A stretch of DNA of 64,000 nt, taken from the NCBI GenBank assembly GCA_030596125.1, contig JAUVKT010000003.1, positions 108 through 64,107 of the forward strand, in the 5' to 3' direction. Below are positions 1-10,276 of this stretch, piece by piece (position 1 is the stretch's first letter; each line of letters opens with the position of its first letter). The position numbers and the translations under genes are program-made. The stretch is from Bacteroidales bacterium. GTDB taxonomy: Bacteria > Bacteroidota > Bacteroidia > Bacteroidales > VadinHA17. The notes under the pieces are model-generated. The model saw only the letters and a list, made by a program, of their open reading frames with translations. It was not told the DNA's origin and did no database searches.

Positions 1-26
1 ATAGAAAATGAAAAAATAATAAACAT

Positions 27-866
27 ATGAAAACAATATTAAAAGGTAGTGAGTCTGAAGTAGTTATAAACACCGAAGGCCCTGTAGTTATAATAGGTGA
101 AAGCATAAACCCTACAAGACGAAAAAAACTGGTTTCAACTCTGTCGGAAAGAAATTTTGAAGTAGTGTACGATCTTGCAACCAGCCAGATTGAGGCAGGT
201 GCTGATGTACTTGATGTTAATGTAGGGTTTCCAGGAGTGGATGATGCAAAACTGTTACCAGAAACAGTTATGGCGATACAGGAAAAATATGATGTTCCAT
301 TATGTATTGATTCTCCAAACCCTTATGCAATTGAGGCAGCACTGAAGGTTATTAATGGTAAATGTCTGATAAATTCTGTAAACGGGGAAGAAAAATCACT
401 GGATGCCATTTTACCTCTGGCCAAAGAGCATAATGCAGTAGTTATCGGACTTGTTATGGATGATAATGGTATCACCCATGATCCGGAGCAGAGATTAAGA
501 ATTGCCGAGAAGATACTGAACAGAGCTGTAAAAATTGGTATCTGCGAAGAGGATGTGGTTATTGATCCGCTTGCCATGGCCGTAAGTGCAGTACCTGATG
601 CAGGAGCTGTTACATTGGAGACAATCAGATTGGTATCTACCCGTTTGGGTCTTAATATTACCATGGGGGCTAGCAATATATCATTCGGATTACCTATCAG
701 GGGAGTACTCAACAGTAGCTTTATGGCTATGGCAATTATGAATGGCCTTTCATGTCCGATTACAAACCCTGTTCTGGTCACTTCTGCTATACGGGCTACA
801 GATCTGCTACTTGGAAGAGATGACTATGCTATGCGGTATATAGAGCATTACAAGAGCAGATTATGA
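27..866 (+). CDS. Pterin-binding methyltransferase (methyl-H4folate:corrinoid methyltransferase family, AcsE/MtrH/MetH pterin-binding domain)
   Basis: 279-aa ORF. Motifs IGESINPTRRK, GADVLDVNVG, PLCIDSPNP and LINSVNGE fit the pterin-binding barrel. It is followed by MetVF and a corrinoid reactivase. Confidence 0.75.
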   Translation: MKTILKGSESEVVINTEGPVVIIGESINPTRRKKLVSTLSERNFEVVYDLATSQIEAGADVLDVNVGFPGVDDAKLLPETVMAIQEKYDVPLCIDSPNPYAIEAALKVINGKCLINSVNGEEKSLDAILPLAKEHNAVVIGLVMDDNGITHDPEQRLRIAEKILNRAVKIGICEEDVVIDPLAMAVSAVPDAGAVTLETIRLVSTRLGLNITMGASNISFGLPIRGVLNSSFMAMAIMNGLSCPITNPVLVTSAIRATDLLLGRDDYAMRYIEHYKSRL

Positions 867-912
867 TATTATGTTCGCAGTCTGTTTATAATTTTCACCC
901 AAATATTTTTTA

Positions 913-2352
913 ATGGCACTGTTTACTCCCGGTAGAAGGTGGCAGCCTCCATTCTATCCATTTAAGAAGGAGAAGTTTGGAAAGCGTTTGTTACGTAAAA
1001 TTGAACGTTGGGTTAAAGGACCCCTGTTTGGATGCAGGATGTGTGGGAACTGCCTCCTGCAGGAAACTGCATTTATCTGTCCGATGGAGTGCCCGAAAGG
1101 AATGAGGAATGGCCCCTGTGGAGGATCTACTCCTGAAAAGTGTTATGTTGATGAGACCCGTCCGTGTATATGGTACAGAATATATAAAAGGGCACATAAA
1201 ATGGGCAGGGAAGAGATGCTGATGGAAGTTTTGCCTCCTCTCGACTGGGATAGGGTTGGTACAGAGACATGGGGCGATGTAATAAGATCAATAAAAAAAT
1301 ACGGTACCATAAAGCTTGTCAGAAGCAGGTTTACAAGAGATAAAGTGCAAAAGGAGATTGCATGGGAATCTGTGTTCAAACCGGTAAGACAGCCCGGCTG
1401 GTGGCAGGGCGATTCCTTGTATCATCCCCCTGCTTACGATGAACCTGTATCAGAACTGGAGAGACAATTGCGTACAGGTAAATTTGTTGTTACAACAGAG
1501 GTGTCTCCACCATTAAGTACAGCAACAGGAAAGTTAAAGCGTGATATTGAGATGGTGAAGGATCATGTTACTGCAATCAATTTCACTGACAGTTCCTCAG
1601 CCAATCCGCGAATGTCAAGTATAGCCTGTAGTAAGGTTGCTGCAGAGCTGAATGCCGATCCGGTTTTTCAGATAGCGGCAAGGGATAAAACAAGAACCGG
1701 ATTGCAATCAGAGATAGTTGGAGTAAACGAAATGGGAATTCGAAATGTTCTCTGCATTACCGGTGATAATGCCCGGATTGGTCCATCGCCCACAAGTAAT
1801 ACCAATATTCTCGATATGGATGCTGTTCAGATGCTGTGGATATTGAGAAGGATAAGAGACGAAGGGAAGTATCTCGACGGACGTGAAATGAAACATCCTC
1901 CTAAACTGTTTCTGGGTGCTGCGGCTTCACCTTTCGCTTCTGAGCCTGAATACCAGGCACTCAGGGAGCATAAAAAGGTAAATGCAGGAGCACAGTTTTT
2001 TCAGACAAACATGATATTTGAGACAGACAGGCTAAATGTATGGCTAGAGCATCTCTACAAACGGGATATTCTCGATAAGGTCTATATACTTGCCGGAGTT
2101 ACACCCATAAGAAGCCATAGAATGGCTCAATATTTACATTCAACGGTCCCGGGAATCAGACTTCCTGAAAAGATTCTTAGTGAATTTGAGAAGACAGATA
2201 AGAGTGACCAGGAAAAACTTGGGATTGATATTGCACTTGGAATAATCGAATCTTTAAAGAGTATAAAGGAGATAAACGGGATACACATCATGGCAGTAGG
2301 GTGGGAATCGGTTGTTCCCGGGATTATTGCTGATAGTGGATTAGAAACATAA
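913..2352 (+). CDS. metF: Methylenetetrahydrofolate reductase, fused MetV (Cys-rich zinc-ribbon-like) and MetF domains
   Basis: 479 aa. The N-terminus has a Cys cluster (CRMCGNC..CPMECPKGMRNGPCGG..C) typical of the MTHFR-associated MetV domain. The rest is MetF-like (VTTEVSPP, NFTDSS, LCITGD, FFQTN). Confidence 0.7.
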   Translation: MALFTPGRRWQPPFYPFKKEKFGKRLLRKIERWVKGPLFGCRMCGNCLLQETAFICPMECPKGMRNGPCGGSTPEKCYVDETRPCIWYRIYKRAHKMGREEMLMEVLPPLDWDRVGTETWGDVIRSIKKYGTIKLVRSRFTRDKVQKEIAWESVFKPVRQPGWWQGDSLYHPPAYDEPVSELERQLRTGKFVVTTEVSPPLSTATGKLKRDIEMVKDHVTAINFTDSSSANPRMSSIACSKVAAELNADPVFQIAARDKTRTGLQSEIVGVNEMGIRNVLCITGDNARIGPSPTSNTNILDMDAVQMLWILRRIRDEGKYLDGREMKHPPKLFLGAAASPFASEPEYQALREHKKVNAGAQFFQTNMIFETDRLNVWLEHLYKRDILDKVYILAGVTPIRSHRMAQYLHSTVPGIRLPEKILSEFEKTDKSDQEKLGIDIALGIIESLKSIKEINGIHIMAVGWESVVPGIIADSGLET

Positions 2353-2358
2353 TAATTA

Positions 2359-3861
2359 GTGGAGTATACTGTTAACATTATCTCATCAGATAAACGGAAA
2401 GCTGTTCGATGCCAGGCCGGAGATAACTTGCAAAAACTTATTAAGTCAAATGGTTTCTGGATTTATACCCCGTGCGGAGGTAAAGGAAAATGTGGTAAAT
2501 GCAGGGTAACACTGGCAGGAAAAGGATCGGTTACCTCCTGTCTTTACAATGTAAATGAAGATATTACTGTTATTCTGCCCGATAAAAGGGAGATGAGTAT
2601 TCTTTCAGGTCAGTATGAATCATCAATTGATGTCCCTTTATCGCCCGGAGATGATTCTCTGCTTGTTCCTGACCCGTTGGGTTTTGCCATTGATATCGGA
2701 ACAACTACGGTTGTATCACACCTTACAGACCTTACAGATGGTTCTGTTATTGCAACATGGTCGCACTTGAATCCACAATCGGTTCATGGAGCTGACGTTA
2801 TATCACGGATCAATTACTGTATGGACAAGCCCGAAGCCCTGCAGGAAATGCAGACAATGATAATTCAGTCTCTGAATGAGGTTATCAGCAAGGCAGCACT
2901 GATGCCCGGAATTGATTCAGACAGGATAACTAAATTTTCAATTGCAGGAAATCCTACTATGTTGCATCTTCTGGCAGCAGTTGACCCGAAAAGCATTGCT
3001 CTGGCACCATTTAAACCTGCTTTTACAGCATGCAGGATAATTCCGGCTGCCGATCTTAACCTGAATTGTAATAAGAAGGCAAATATTCATCTTTTGCCAT
3101 CAGTAAGCGGTTATGTGGGTGCTGATATAGTAGCTGGTATAGCCTCTGTTGATGATACTGAACTTAATTCATATCTGTATATTGATATCGGAACCAATGG
3201 TGAGATAGCTCTTGTTACAAGCGATAAGATATGGGCTTGTGCAACTGCGGCCGGACCGGCATTTGAGGGTGCTAACATCTCCTGTGGTTCAGGTGCTTTT
3301 GCCGGAGCAATAAGCAGATACAGCAGGGCAGGAGTGGGTACAATTGCAGATCAGAAACCTGTATCAATCTGTGGGTCCGGACTGGTAGATATTATCAGTT
3401 ATATGGTACAGGAATCTGTAATAACTCCCAATGGAAATTTGACTCAGCCATATATCGTATCCGGGAGCAAATCCAATGGCATTGATAGTGACATTGTAAT
3501 AACCCAACAGGATGTAAGGGAGGTGCAGCTTGCCAAGGGGGCTGTTGCTGCCGGAATATCCATTCTTTTGAAAAGATCCGGTTACTCCTTCGATTCAATA
3601 GATAAGCTTTTCCTTGCAGGTGGTTTTGGTAATTACCTGGATATTGACAATGCAATGCGTATCGGACTTCTTCCGGTTGAAATGTCCGGAAAGATTATTC
3701 AGATAGGGAATGCAGCAGGAACCGGAGCACTGCTTGCTCTTAAATCACAAAAACATGCAGATAATCTGAAAAGGGTAGTTGATAAAACAGATTATATTGA
3801 ATTATCCTACGAGGAGGATTTCGCCCTTGAGTTCGCTATGAACATGAGTTTCCACGAATAG
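2359..3861 (+). CDS. Corrinoid activation/regeneration protein (RACo/AcsV-like: 2Fe-2S ferredoxin plus ASKHA ATPase, DUF4445)
   Basis: 500 aa with a GTG start. The N-terminus has a plant-type ferredoxin motif (CGGKGKCGKCRV). DIGTTT and DIGTNGE phosphate-binding motifs mark an ASKHA fold. Confidence 0.75.
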   Translation: MEYTVNIISSDKRKAVRCQAGDNLQKLIKSNGFWIYTPCGGKGKCGKCRVTLAGKGSVTSCLYNVNEDITVILPDKREMSILSGQYESSIDVPLSPGDDSLLVPDPLGFAIDIGTTTVVSHLTDLTDGSVIATWSHLNPQSVHGADVISRINYCMDKPEALQEMQTMIIQSLNEVISKAALMPGIDSDRITKFSIAGNPTMLHLLAAVDPKSIALAPFKPAFTACRIIPAADLNLNCNKKANIHLLPSVSGYVGADIVAGIASVDDTELNSYLYIDIGTNGEIALVTSDKIWACATAAGPAFEGANISCGSGAFAGAISRYSRAGVGTIADQKPVSICGSGLVDIISYMVQESVITPNGNLTQPYIVSGSKSNGIDSDIVITQQDVREVQLAKGAVAAGISILLKRSGYSFDSIDKLFLAGGFGNYLDIDNAMRIGLLPVEMSGKIIQIGNAAGTGALLALKSQKHADNLKRVVDKTDYIELSYEEDFALEFAMNMSFHE

Positions 3862-3864
3862 TAA

Positions 3865-5181
3865 TTAAATCCTGCCAAATATCAGACCCGAAATGGTTGC
3901 CATAATTACCACTAGAATGACATAAACAAGAGTTTTTTGTGTGCCAATCACACCTCTTATAACCAGCATATTAGGTAATGATAATGATGGTCCTGCAAGT
4001 AAAAGCGCCAGTGCCGGGCCTTTACCCATTCCTGCCGACATTAATCCCTGTAGGATCGGAACCTCGGTGAGAGTTGCAAAGTACATAAAAGCACCTACTA
4101 TCGAGGCAAAAAAATTGGAAAAGATCGAGTTCCCACCTACAAGTCTGGAGACCCATTCATTTGGTATTAATCCGCCGAGGCTTGTCTCATCGTGTGTAGA
4201 CCCAAGAAGAAAGCCTGCAATAAGAACACCAATAGCCAGTAGAGGAAGAATCTGTTTCGCAAATTCCCATGAGGCAATAGTCCATTCTTTGTTGTCAGGA
4301 TCCTTTTTATCAATCAGTGTAATTATTGACAGTATAATAATACCTGTTAGCACAGGAATCATTGGGGAGTTGCTTATAAAGGCCGACAGTGTTGTTAGCA
4401 TGGTTGCAACAAGAACATATTGCCATTTAATCTTCAATATGTATATCAATGAAAATACTAACAGAAACCCAAAACCGGTGGTAATGTACCATTTGTTTAA
4501 CCACAACCAGTACCATCCTCCGCTGGTAACACCCTCGGCAGGTCTTCCCCAGTTTGCAAAAACAAGGATCAGCACAAGGGTAAAGAAATGAAACGCAGTA
4601 TGCCACATCGGTCTTTTTTCAGGAATATCAGGGAAATTCAGCTGCTCCTCTTTTTTGGCTTTCTCCTCTTTACGGTAAATAAACGACACGGCAGAACCAA
4701 TTACGATAGCAAAGACAACAGCGCCAATTATACGGGCTATCCCCATTTCAAATCCTAATATCCTGGCTGTTAATATAATAGCAAGAATATTAATAGCCGG
4801 TCCGGAATAGAGAAATGCAATTGCAGGTCCTAGCCCTGCACCTCTCTTATGTATACTTGAAAACAGGGGTAATATGGTACAGCTGCATACTGCCAGGATC
4901 GTACCTGAAACCGACGCAATGGTATAGGCAACCCACTTTTTAGCTTTTGCACCAAAGTACTTCATAACAGATCCCTGGCTAACAAATACTGCTATAACAC
5001 CAGCTATATAGAAAGCAGGAAGCAGACAGAGAATCACATGCTCCTGTGCATACCATTTTGTAAGGTCAAACATAGCCACTATGGCTTCCCGAAACCTCAT
5101 CGATTCAAGCGGCATAAAATAGGCAAACAGGAATACAACGGTTATCCATAATAATATCCTGATCTCTTTTTTCCAATTCAT
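3865..5181 (-). CDS. Polytopic permease of the ArsP/YraQ (DUF318) family
   Basis: Highly hydrophobic ORF with a conserved CSC motif (LAVCSCTILPLF). Start trimmed to the ATG at 5181, 4 nt after the thioredoxin-fold gene stop. The arsR / thioredoxin-fold gene / permease operon order is typical. Confidence 0.7.
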   Translation of the reverse strand: MNWKKEIRILLWITVVFLFAYFMPLESMRFREAIVAMFDLTKWYAQEHVILCLLPAFYIAGVIAVFVSQGSVMKYFGAKAKKWVAYTIASVSGTILAVCSCTILPLFSSIHKRGAGLGPAIAFLYSGPAINILAIILTARILGFEMGIARIIGAVVFAIVIGSAVSFIYRKEEKAKKEEQLNFPDIPEKRPMWHTAFHFFTLVLILVFANWGRPAEGVTSGGWYWLWLNKWYITTGFGFLLVFSLIYILKIKWQYVLVATMLTTLSAFISNSPMIPVLTGIIILSIITLIDKKDPDNKEWTIASWEFAKQILPLLAIGVLIAGFLLGSTHDETSLGGLIPNEWVSRLVGGNSIFSNFFASIVGAFMYFATLTEVPILQGLMSAGMGKGPALALLLAGPSLSLPNMLVIRGVIGTQKTLVYVILVVIMATISGLIFGRI

Positions 5182-5185
5182 GATA

Positions 5186-5425
5186 CTACAGATTCTGGTT
5201 GATGAGTTTTTTGATTTCATCTGTAGTAGGGAGGCGTCCGCTCATTACAACCTTCTCATTTATAACGAGACCGGGTGTATGAAGTATGCCATATTCCATG
5301 ATTTTCATAATATCTTCCACCTTGGAGATTTCAGCGTCAATATCAAGTTCGGCAACCGCCTCTCTGGTTTTACGTTCGAGGGCCTTACATTTTGGGCATC
5401 CTGTACCCAGTACTTTAATATTCAT
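5186..5425 (-). CDS. Thioredoxin-fold redox-active disulfide protein 2 family
   Basis: 79 aa with N-terminal MNIKVLGTGCPKCK (CxxC). Size and context fit the small thioredoxin-like proteins that accompany ArsP-type permeases. Confidence 0.8.
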   Translation of the reverse strand: MNIKVLGTGCPKCKALERKTREAVAELDIDAEISKVEDIMKIMEYGILHTPGLVINEKVVMSGRLPTTDEIKKLINQNL

Positions 5426-5486
5426 AATATAATTCTTTAGTTTATTTCGTTATTCGCAAAACTACGAACACTATTCATAAATTTTT

Positions 5487-5792
5487 TTAAATTTTTAAAT
5501 ATTTTTTAAACAGTATCTGAGCTCTTTCCCAGTTTTTCCTGTTTATGCAGTACCTGATTTTAGGGGCTTCAATCTCACCCTGAATTAGTCCTGCATCCTT
5601 CAACTCTTTTAAATGCTGCGAGAGGGTTGATTTTGCGATAGGAAGTACTTCTGTTAGATCACCGCTATAGCAGCATGACTGATTCGCAAGAAGATCAAGG
5701 ATATAGAGCCTGATCGGGTGTCCCATGGCCTTGGCAAACCTGGATGTAGCCTCCTGGTCGGCTCCTATTATTTTCTTAAGATCGTCTCTCAT
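5487..5792 (-). CDS. ArsR/SmtB-family metalloregulator
   Basis: Winged-HTH motifs (HPIRLYILDLL, CCYSGDL, STLSQHLKELKDAGL). Start set at MRDDLKK (ATG 5792), because the longer ORF extension runs into the promoter. Confidence 0.8.
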   Translation of the reverse strand: MRDDLKKIIGADQEATSRFAKAMGHPIRLYILDLLANQSCCYSGDLTEVLPIAKSTLSQHLKELKDAGLIQGEIEAPKIRYCINRKNWERAQILFKKYLKI

Positions 5793-5793
5793 G

Positions 5794-5817
5794 TTCGTAA
5801 TTATACGAACAAATATA
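5794..5817 (-). promoter_or_regulatory. Putative arsR operator (TTCGTA-ATTA-TACGAA inverted repeat) abutting a Bacteroidetes-type -7 box
   Basis: A 6-4-6 inverted repeat at 5794-5809 lies directly upstream of the arsR ATG. CAAATATA at 5810-5817 is the reverse complement of the TAnnTTTG consensus. Confidence 0.4.
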
Positions 5818-6012
5818 TAGTACATAATCCAATAATGGAAATAATTCAATTAAAAAGTTAAAAATTTCATTGATTCCAATTGTGCAAATCAGAGGTGTAG
5901 TTCGTTGTGTTTGCCGGAATCATATCCCAAAGGAGATAGTCTTTTTGTAAAAAATGTACTTATAGTAAACATTTTGGTATTCTGATGCGTTATAGTGATG
6001 AGTTGACTATTT

Positions 6013-6378
6013 ATGTTAAAAAAATCGGGACATATCATTTTAGTACTGTTGCTGTCTGTTTCAACAGCGGGAATTACTGTATCCAAACATTTTTGTGGTG
6101 ATACCTTAAAATCTGTTACAGTTAATACCCTGCCTGAATCATGTTGTGATATGGAGGGGTGTTGCCATGATGAGACTGTTACATTTAAAATAGATTCAGA
6201 CTATTCATTAATAGATTTTATTTTTGAGACTGAGCAGATAGCTACAACTATTCCTTTTGTAATAAAGAAGCAGTCTGATGATCAGGTCTTATTAAAGATT
6301 ACCCGTGTTTTTAGTGATATACCATCACCTCCCGGGTTAAATTCCTATCTGGCAAGTATCCAAACATTTTTATTATGA
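6013..6378 (+). CDS. Small membrane-anchored Cys-rich protein (HYC_CC_PP-like family)
   Basis: 121 aa with an N-terminal TM helix, KHFCGD, CCDMEGCCHDE and a C-terminal PSPPG. It sits directly upstream of the RND pump, as this family usually does. Confidence 0.55.
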   Translation: MLKKSGHIILVLLLSVSTAGITVSKHFCGDTLKSVTVNTLPESCCDMEGCCHDETVTFKIDSDYSLIDFIFETEQIATTIPFVIKKQSDDQVLLKITRVFSDIPSPPGLNSYLASIQTFLL

Positions 6379-6472
6379 TTTAGCACTTTTTCCCTACCGG
6401 ATATCATCATCTGTATGATTATCCGGGCTTGTCTATTTATCAATTTGAATAGAAATCATAATAAATAGTTCT

Positions 6473-9400
6473 ATGCTTAATAAAATCATCAGATTCTTTC
6501 TCGAGAACAGGCTTGTAACTTTCCTGTTGCTTATTATTTTAATTATTTGGGGAATAATAAACTCCCCATTTGATTGGAACAGAGGTTTTTTGCCTAAAGA
6601 TCCGGTACCGGTTGATGCAATTCCTGATATCGGAGAGAATCAACAAATTGTATATACAGAATGGCCGGGACGCTCGGCTCAGGATATTGAAGATCAGATC
6701 TCTTATCCGCTTACAACTTCACTTCTTGGCATACCGGGTGTGAAAACAATTCGTACCAATTCAATATTCGGATTCTCCAGTATTTACATAATATTTGAAG
6801 AGGATATTGAGTTTTACTGGAGCCGTACCCGTATCCTGGAGAAATTAAATTCACTTCCTGCAGGCACCCTCCCAAATGATGTAATACCTGCACTCGGACC
6901 TGATGCTACTGCACTGGGCCAGATATACTGGTACACATTAGAGGGAAGAGATAGGGATGGAAATCCTGCCGGAGGGTGGGACCCGCATGAACTGAGGACT
7001 ATTCAGGACTATTATGTAAAGTATGCTCTGACATCCGCCAAAGGAGTGGCCGAAGTGGCATCAATTGGAGGATTTGTTAAAGAGTACCAGATAGATATAG
7101 ATCCCAATGCAATGGTAGCACAGGGTGTGAATATAGTGCAGATAGTTGCAGCGGTAAAGAACAGCAACCTCGATATAGGAGCCCGTACAATTGAAATAAA
7201 CAGGGTGGAATATATTGTCAGGGCACTTGGTTATATAAAAAGCCTTGAAGACCTTGAACAGAGTGTTGTTGCAGTTCACGATAATGTGCCGATACGCCTT
7301 AAGGATGTTGCAAAAATTAATTATGGTCCGGCTACCAGGCGTGGAGGACTTGATAAGGGTGGCGCCGAAGCCGTTGGCGGAGTCGTGGTAGCAAGATACG
7401 GAGCAAACCCGCTGGAGACAATTAATAATGTTAAGGAGAAAATAGACGAGATTGAATCAGGATTACCCTCGAAGATATTAAAAGATGGTACGGTCTCGAA
7501 GGTTACCATAGTTCCTTTTTACGATCGTACAGGACTGATAAAGGAGACATTGGGTACCCTGGAGGAAGCACTCTCCCTTGCAATACTCATAAGTATTATA
7601 GTCATAATTGTTCTGGTGCTGAATCTAAGAGCTTCGTTCCTTATATCTGTTTTATTGCCTATTGGTGTCTTAATAACCTTTATTGCGATGCGACAGTTCG
7701 GAGTTGATGCCAACATTGTAGCACTATCAGGTATTGCAATATCTATTGGTGTAATGATTGATGTAGGTGTGGTTATCACAGAGAATATAATCAGACATAT
7801 TGATCTGCCTGATAATACCGGAATTAAAGGAAAAAGACTTCTTAATGTAATTTATGAGGCAACAGCAGAAGTTTCCGGAGCAGTACTAACCGCATTATCT
7901 ACTACGATTGTCAGCTTTCTTCCTCTGTTTACAATGCAGGCGGCAGAGGGTAAACTTTTTAAGCCGCTTGCTTTTACAAAATCATTTGCAATACTTGCTG
8001 CTCTCCTGATAGGGCTTATTATAATACCAACCCTGGCCAACCTGATATTCTCGGTAAGACATGAAAGATCCACCAGGTATAGAAAGATACTGAATATTAT
8101 CCTGCTCGTATCCGGTGTTGTATTGTCAGTCTTTTCAGGAAAATATGTTGCACTGGCGATCTCCGCTTTTGGTATTACCGGACTTCTTTCAGCTACTGCG
8201 CTGTATGAAAAGAGACGTCTGATTAAATATTTGAATATTGGTATTGCCATGGTTGTGGCACTTATCTATCTTACCAGGGCCTGGTTGCCACTGGGTGCCG
8301 GAAACAGCTTTATGACCAACTTTGTATTCGTGGTCTTAATGGTTAGTACCATCATGGGCGCCCTTATGCTGGTTATCAGGTATTATACCAGGATACTTTC
8401 CTGGTGTCTTGATAACAAGTGGAAATTCCTTTCAATTCCGATCTTCCTGGTGTTTTTTGGAATCGTGACCTTACAGGGGGTTGATAAAATATTTGGTTTT
8501 ATGCCAAAGTTTATCAAAGCAACAGGAGTATATCAAAAAATAAGTGACAATATACCTGGTCTGGGGAAAGAGTTTATGCCTTCACTTGATGAGGGTTCAT
8601 TCCTTTTGATGCCTACAACAATGCCTCATTCCGGTATCGAAGAGAATCTGGATATAATACGTATTATTGATAAGCAGATTAGCTCAATTCCGGAGGTTGA
8701 AAGTGTGATAGGTAAGTGGGGAAGGGTGAATTCTGCTCTTGACCCGGCACCGACCTCTATGTTCGAGAATGTGATAAACTATAAACCTGAATATATTCTT
8801 AATGAGGCCGGTCGCAGGCTGAGGTTCATGGTCAACAGGGAAGGGGCATACATGCTTAGGGATGGGAATACCTATAACCCTGATAAAGAGGAATTCCGCC
8901 TGATTGAAAAAGAGAACCTTATACCTGACAAAATGGGAGAGTATTTTCGCCAGTGGCGGGATGAGATTCATTCTCCTGATGATATATGGCAGGAAATTCT
9001 GAAAATGTCCTCGGTTCCCGGTTTGACATCTGCCCCTAAACTACAGCCAATACAAACCCGGCTGGTAATGCTCCAGACTGGTATGCGAGCACCAATGGGT
9101 ATAAAAGTATATGGCCCCGACCTGGAGACTATAGAGAGGGTTGGTCTGGACCTGGAGAATCACCTGAAACATGTTGAAGGGGTTAAGCCAATGTCAGTAT
9201 TTGCCGACAGGGTTGTTGGGAAGCCCTACCTTGAGATAGATATTAACAGAGAAGCGATAGCCAGGTATGGCCTGTCAATAAAGAAGCTTCAGTCTGTAAT
9301 CAGTAGTGCTGTTGGAGGAATGAAGCTTACCACAACGATTGAAGGACGTGAACGCTTCCCTGTCAGGTTACGGTATGCCAGGGATTACAGGGACAATCCT

Positions 9401-10276
9401 GAAAGTCTGAAAAAGATACTTATCCCAACATCTTCCGGAAGTCAGGTATTACTCGGTGAGCTTGTAACAATAAGATATACACGAGGCCCCCAGATGATTA
9501 AGAGTGAAGATACATTTTTGGTGGGCTATGTTATTTTTGATAAACTGGATGGCTATGCTGAAGTTGATGTGGTTGAGAATGCAAGCGATTATCTGGACAA
9601 GCAAATTGAAAACGGTGAGTTTTCTCTTCCGCCGGGAGTGAGTTACATCTTTACCGGTAATTACGAAAACCAGGTAAGAGCGTCGAAAAGGCTGATACTG
9701 GTAGTTCCGGTAGCACTGTTAATTATATTCCTGATAATTTATTTTCAGTTCAGGTCTGTTATATCGACATCCCTGATCTTTACCGGTCTGTTAGTTGCTC
9801 TTTCAGGTGGTTTTATAATGCTATGGCTGTACGGACAACCCTGGTTTATGGATATAAGCCTGGCCGGTATTAATCTGAAGGACCTTTTCCAGGTTCACAC
9901 AATTAATATGAGTGTGGCAGTGTGGGTTGGATTTATAGCACTTTTTGGAATCGCGACAGATGACGGGGTTCTTATCACTACCTATATACAGCAGTTATGG
10001 GCGAAAAATGAACCACAGAATGTTAATGAGGTGAGGTCTCTTATTATTGAGGCGGGCTCAAAAAGAGTAAGACCGGCAATAATGACTACAGCTACTACGA
10101 TTATTGCACTTCTTCCTGTACTTACCTCAACAGGAAAAGGATCTGATATCATGGTTCCTATGGCAATCCCGCTGTTTGGCGGTATGACCATTGAAGTTCT
10201 CACAATGTTTGTAGTACCTGTGCTTTACAGTATGTGGCAGGAGAGAAGGGTGAGAATATCGAATAATGAATGTTGA
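6473..10276 (+). CDS. Heavy-metal efflux RND transporter, CusA/CzcA family (long form)
   Basis: 1267 aa with the typical RND start (FFLENRLVTFLL) and a conserved TM4 region (GIAISIGVMIDVGVV). About 200 extra hydrophobic residues lie mid-protein. Confidence 0.85.
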   Translation: MLNKIIRFFLENRLVTFLLLIILIIWGIINSPFDWNRGFLPKDPVPVDAIPDIGENQQIVYTEWPGRSAQDIEDQISYPLTTSLLGIPGVKTIRTNSIFGFSSIYIIFEEDIEFYWSRTRILEKLNSLPAGTLPNDVIPALGPDATALGQIYWYTLEGRDRDGNPAGGWDPHELRTIQDYYVKYALTSAKGVAEVASIGGFVKEYQIDIDPNAMVAQGVNIVQIVAAVKNSNLDIGARTIEINRVEYIVRALGYIKSLEDLEQSVVAVHDNVPIRLKDVAKINYGPATRRGGLDKGGAEAVGGVVVARYGANPLETINNVKEKIDEIESGLPSKILKDGTVSKVTIVPFYDRTGLIKETLGTLEEALSLAILISIIVIIVLVLNLRASFLISVLLPIGVLITFIAMRQFGVDANIVALSGIAISIGVMIDVGVVITENIIRHIDLPDNTGIKGKRLLNVIYEATAEVSGAVLTALSTTIVSFLPLFTMQAAEGKLFKPLAFTKSFAILAALLIGLIIIPTLANLIFSVRHERSTRYRKILNIILLVSGVVLSVFSGKYVALAISAFGITGLLSATALYEKRRLIKYLNIGIAMVVALIYLTRAWLPLGAGNSFMTNFVFVVLMVSTIMGALMLVIRYYTRILSWCLDNKWKFLSIPIFLVFFGIVTLQGVDKIFGFMPKFIKATGVYQKISDNIPGLGKEFMPSLDEGSFLLMPTTMPHSGIEENLDIIRIIDKQISSIPEVESVIGKWGRVNSALDPAPTSMFENVINYKPEYILNEAGRRLRFMVNREGAYMLRDGNTYNPDKEEFRLIEKENLIPDKMGEYFRQWRDEIHSPDDIWQEILKMSSVPGLTSAPKLQPIQTRLVMLQTGMRAPMGIKVYGPDLETIERVGLDLENHLKHVEGVKPMSVFADRVVGKPYLEIDINREAIARYGLSIKKLQSVISSAVGGMKLTTTIEGRERFPVRLRYARDYRDNPESLKKILIPTSSGSQVLLGELVTIRYTRGPQMIKSEDTFLVGYVIFDKLDGYAEVDVVENASDYLDKQIENGEFSLPPGVSYIFTGNYENQVRASKRLILVVPVALLIIFLIIYFQFRSVISTSLIFTGLLVALSGGFIMLWLYGQPWFMDISLAGINLKDLFQVHTINMSVAVWVGFIALFGIATDDGVLITTYIQQLWAKNEPQNVNEVRSLIIEAGSKRVRPAIMTTATTIIALLPVLTSTGKGSDIMVPMAIPLFGGMTIEVLTMFVVPVLYSMWQERRVRISNNEC

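Noticed and set aside
5889-6086. 65-aa minus-strand ORF between arsR and the HYC_CC_PP gene
   Set aside because: It overlaps the start of the better-supported plus-strand gene and the divergent promoter region. It has no motif or signal.
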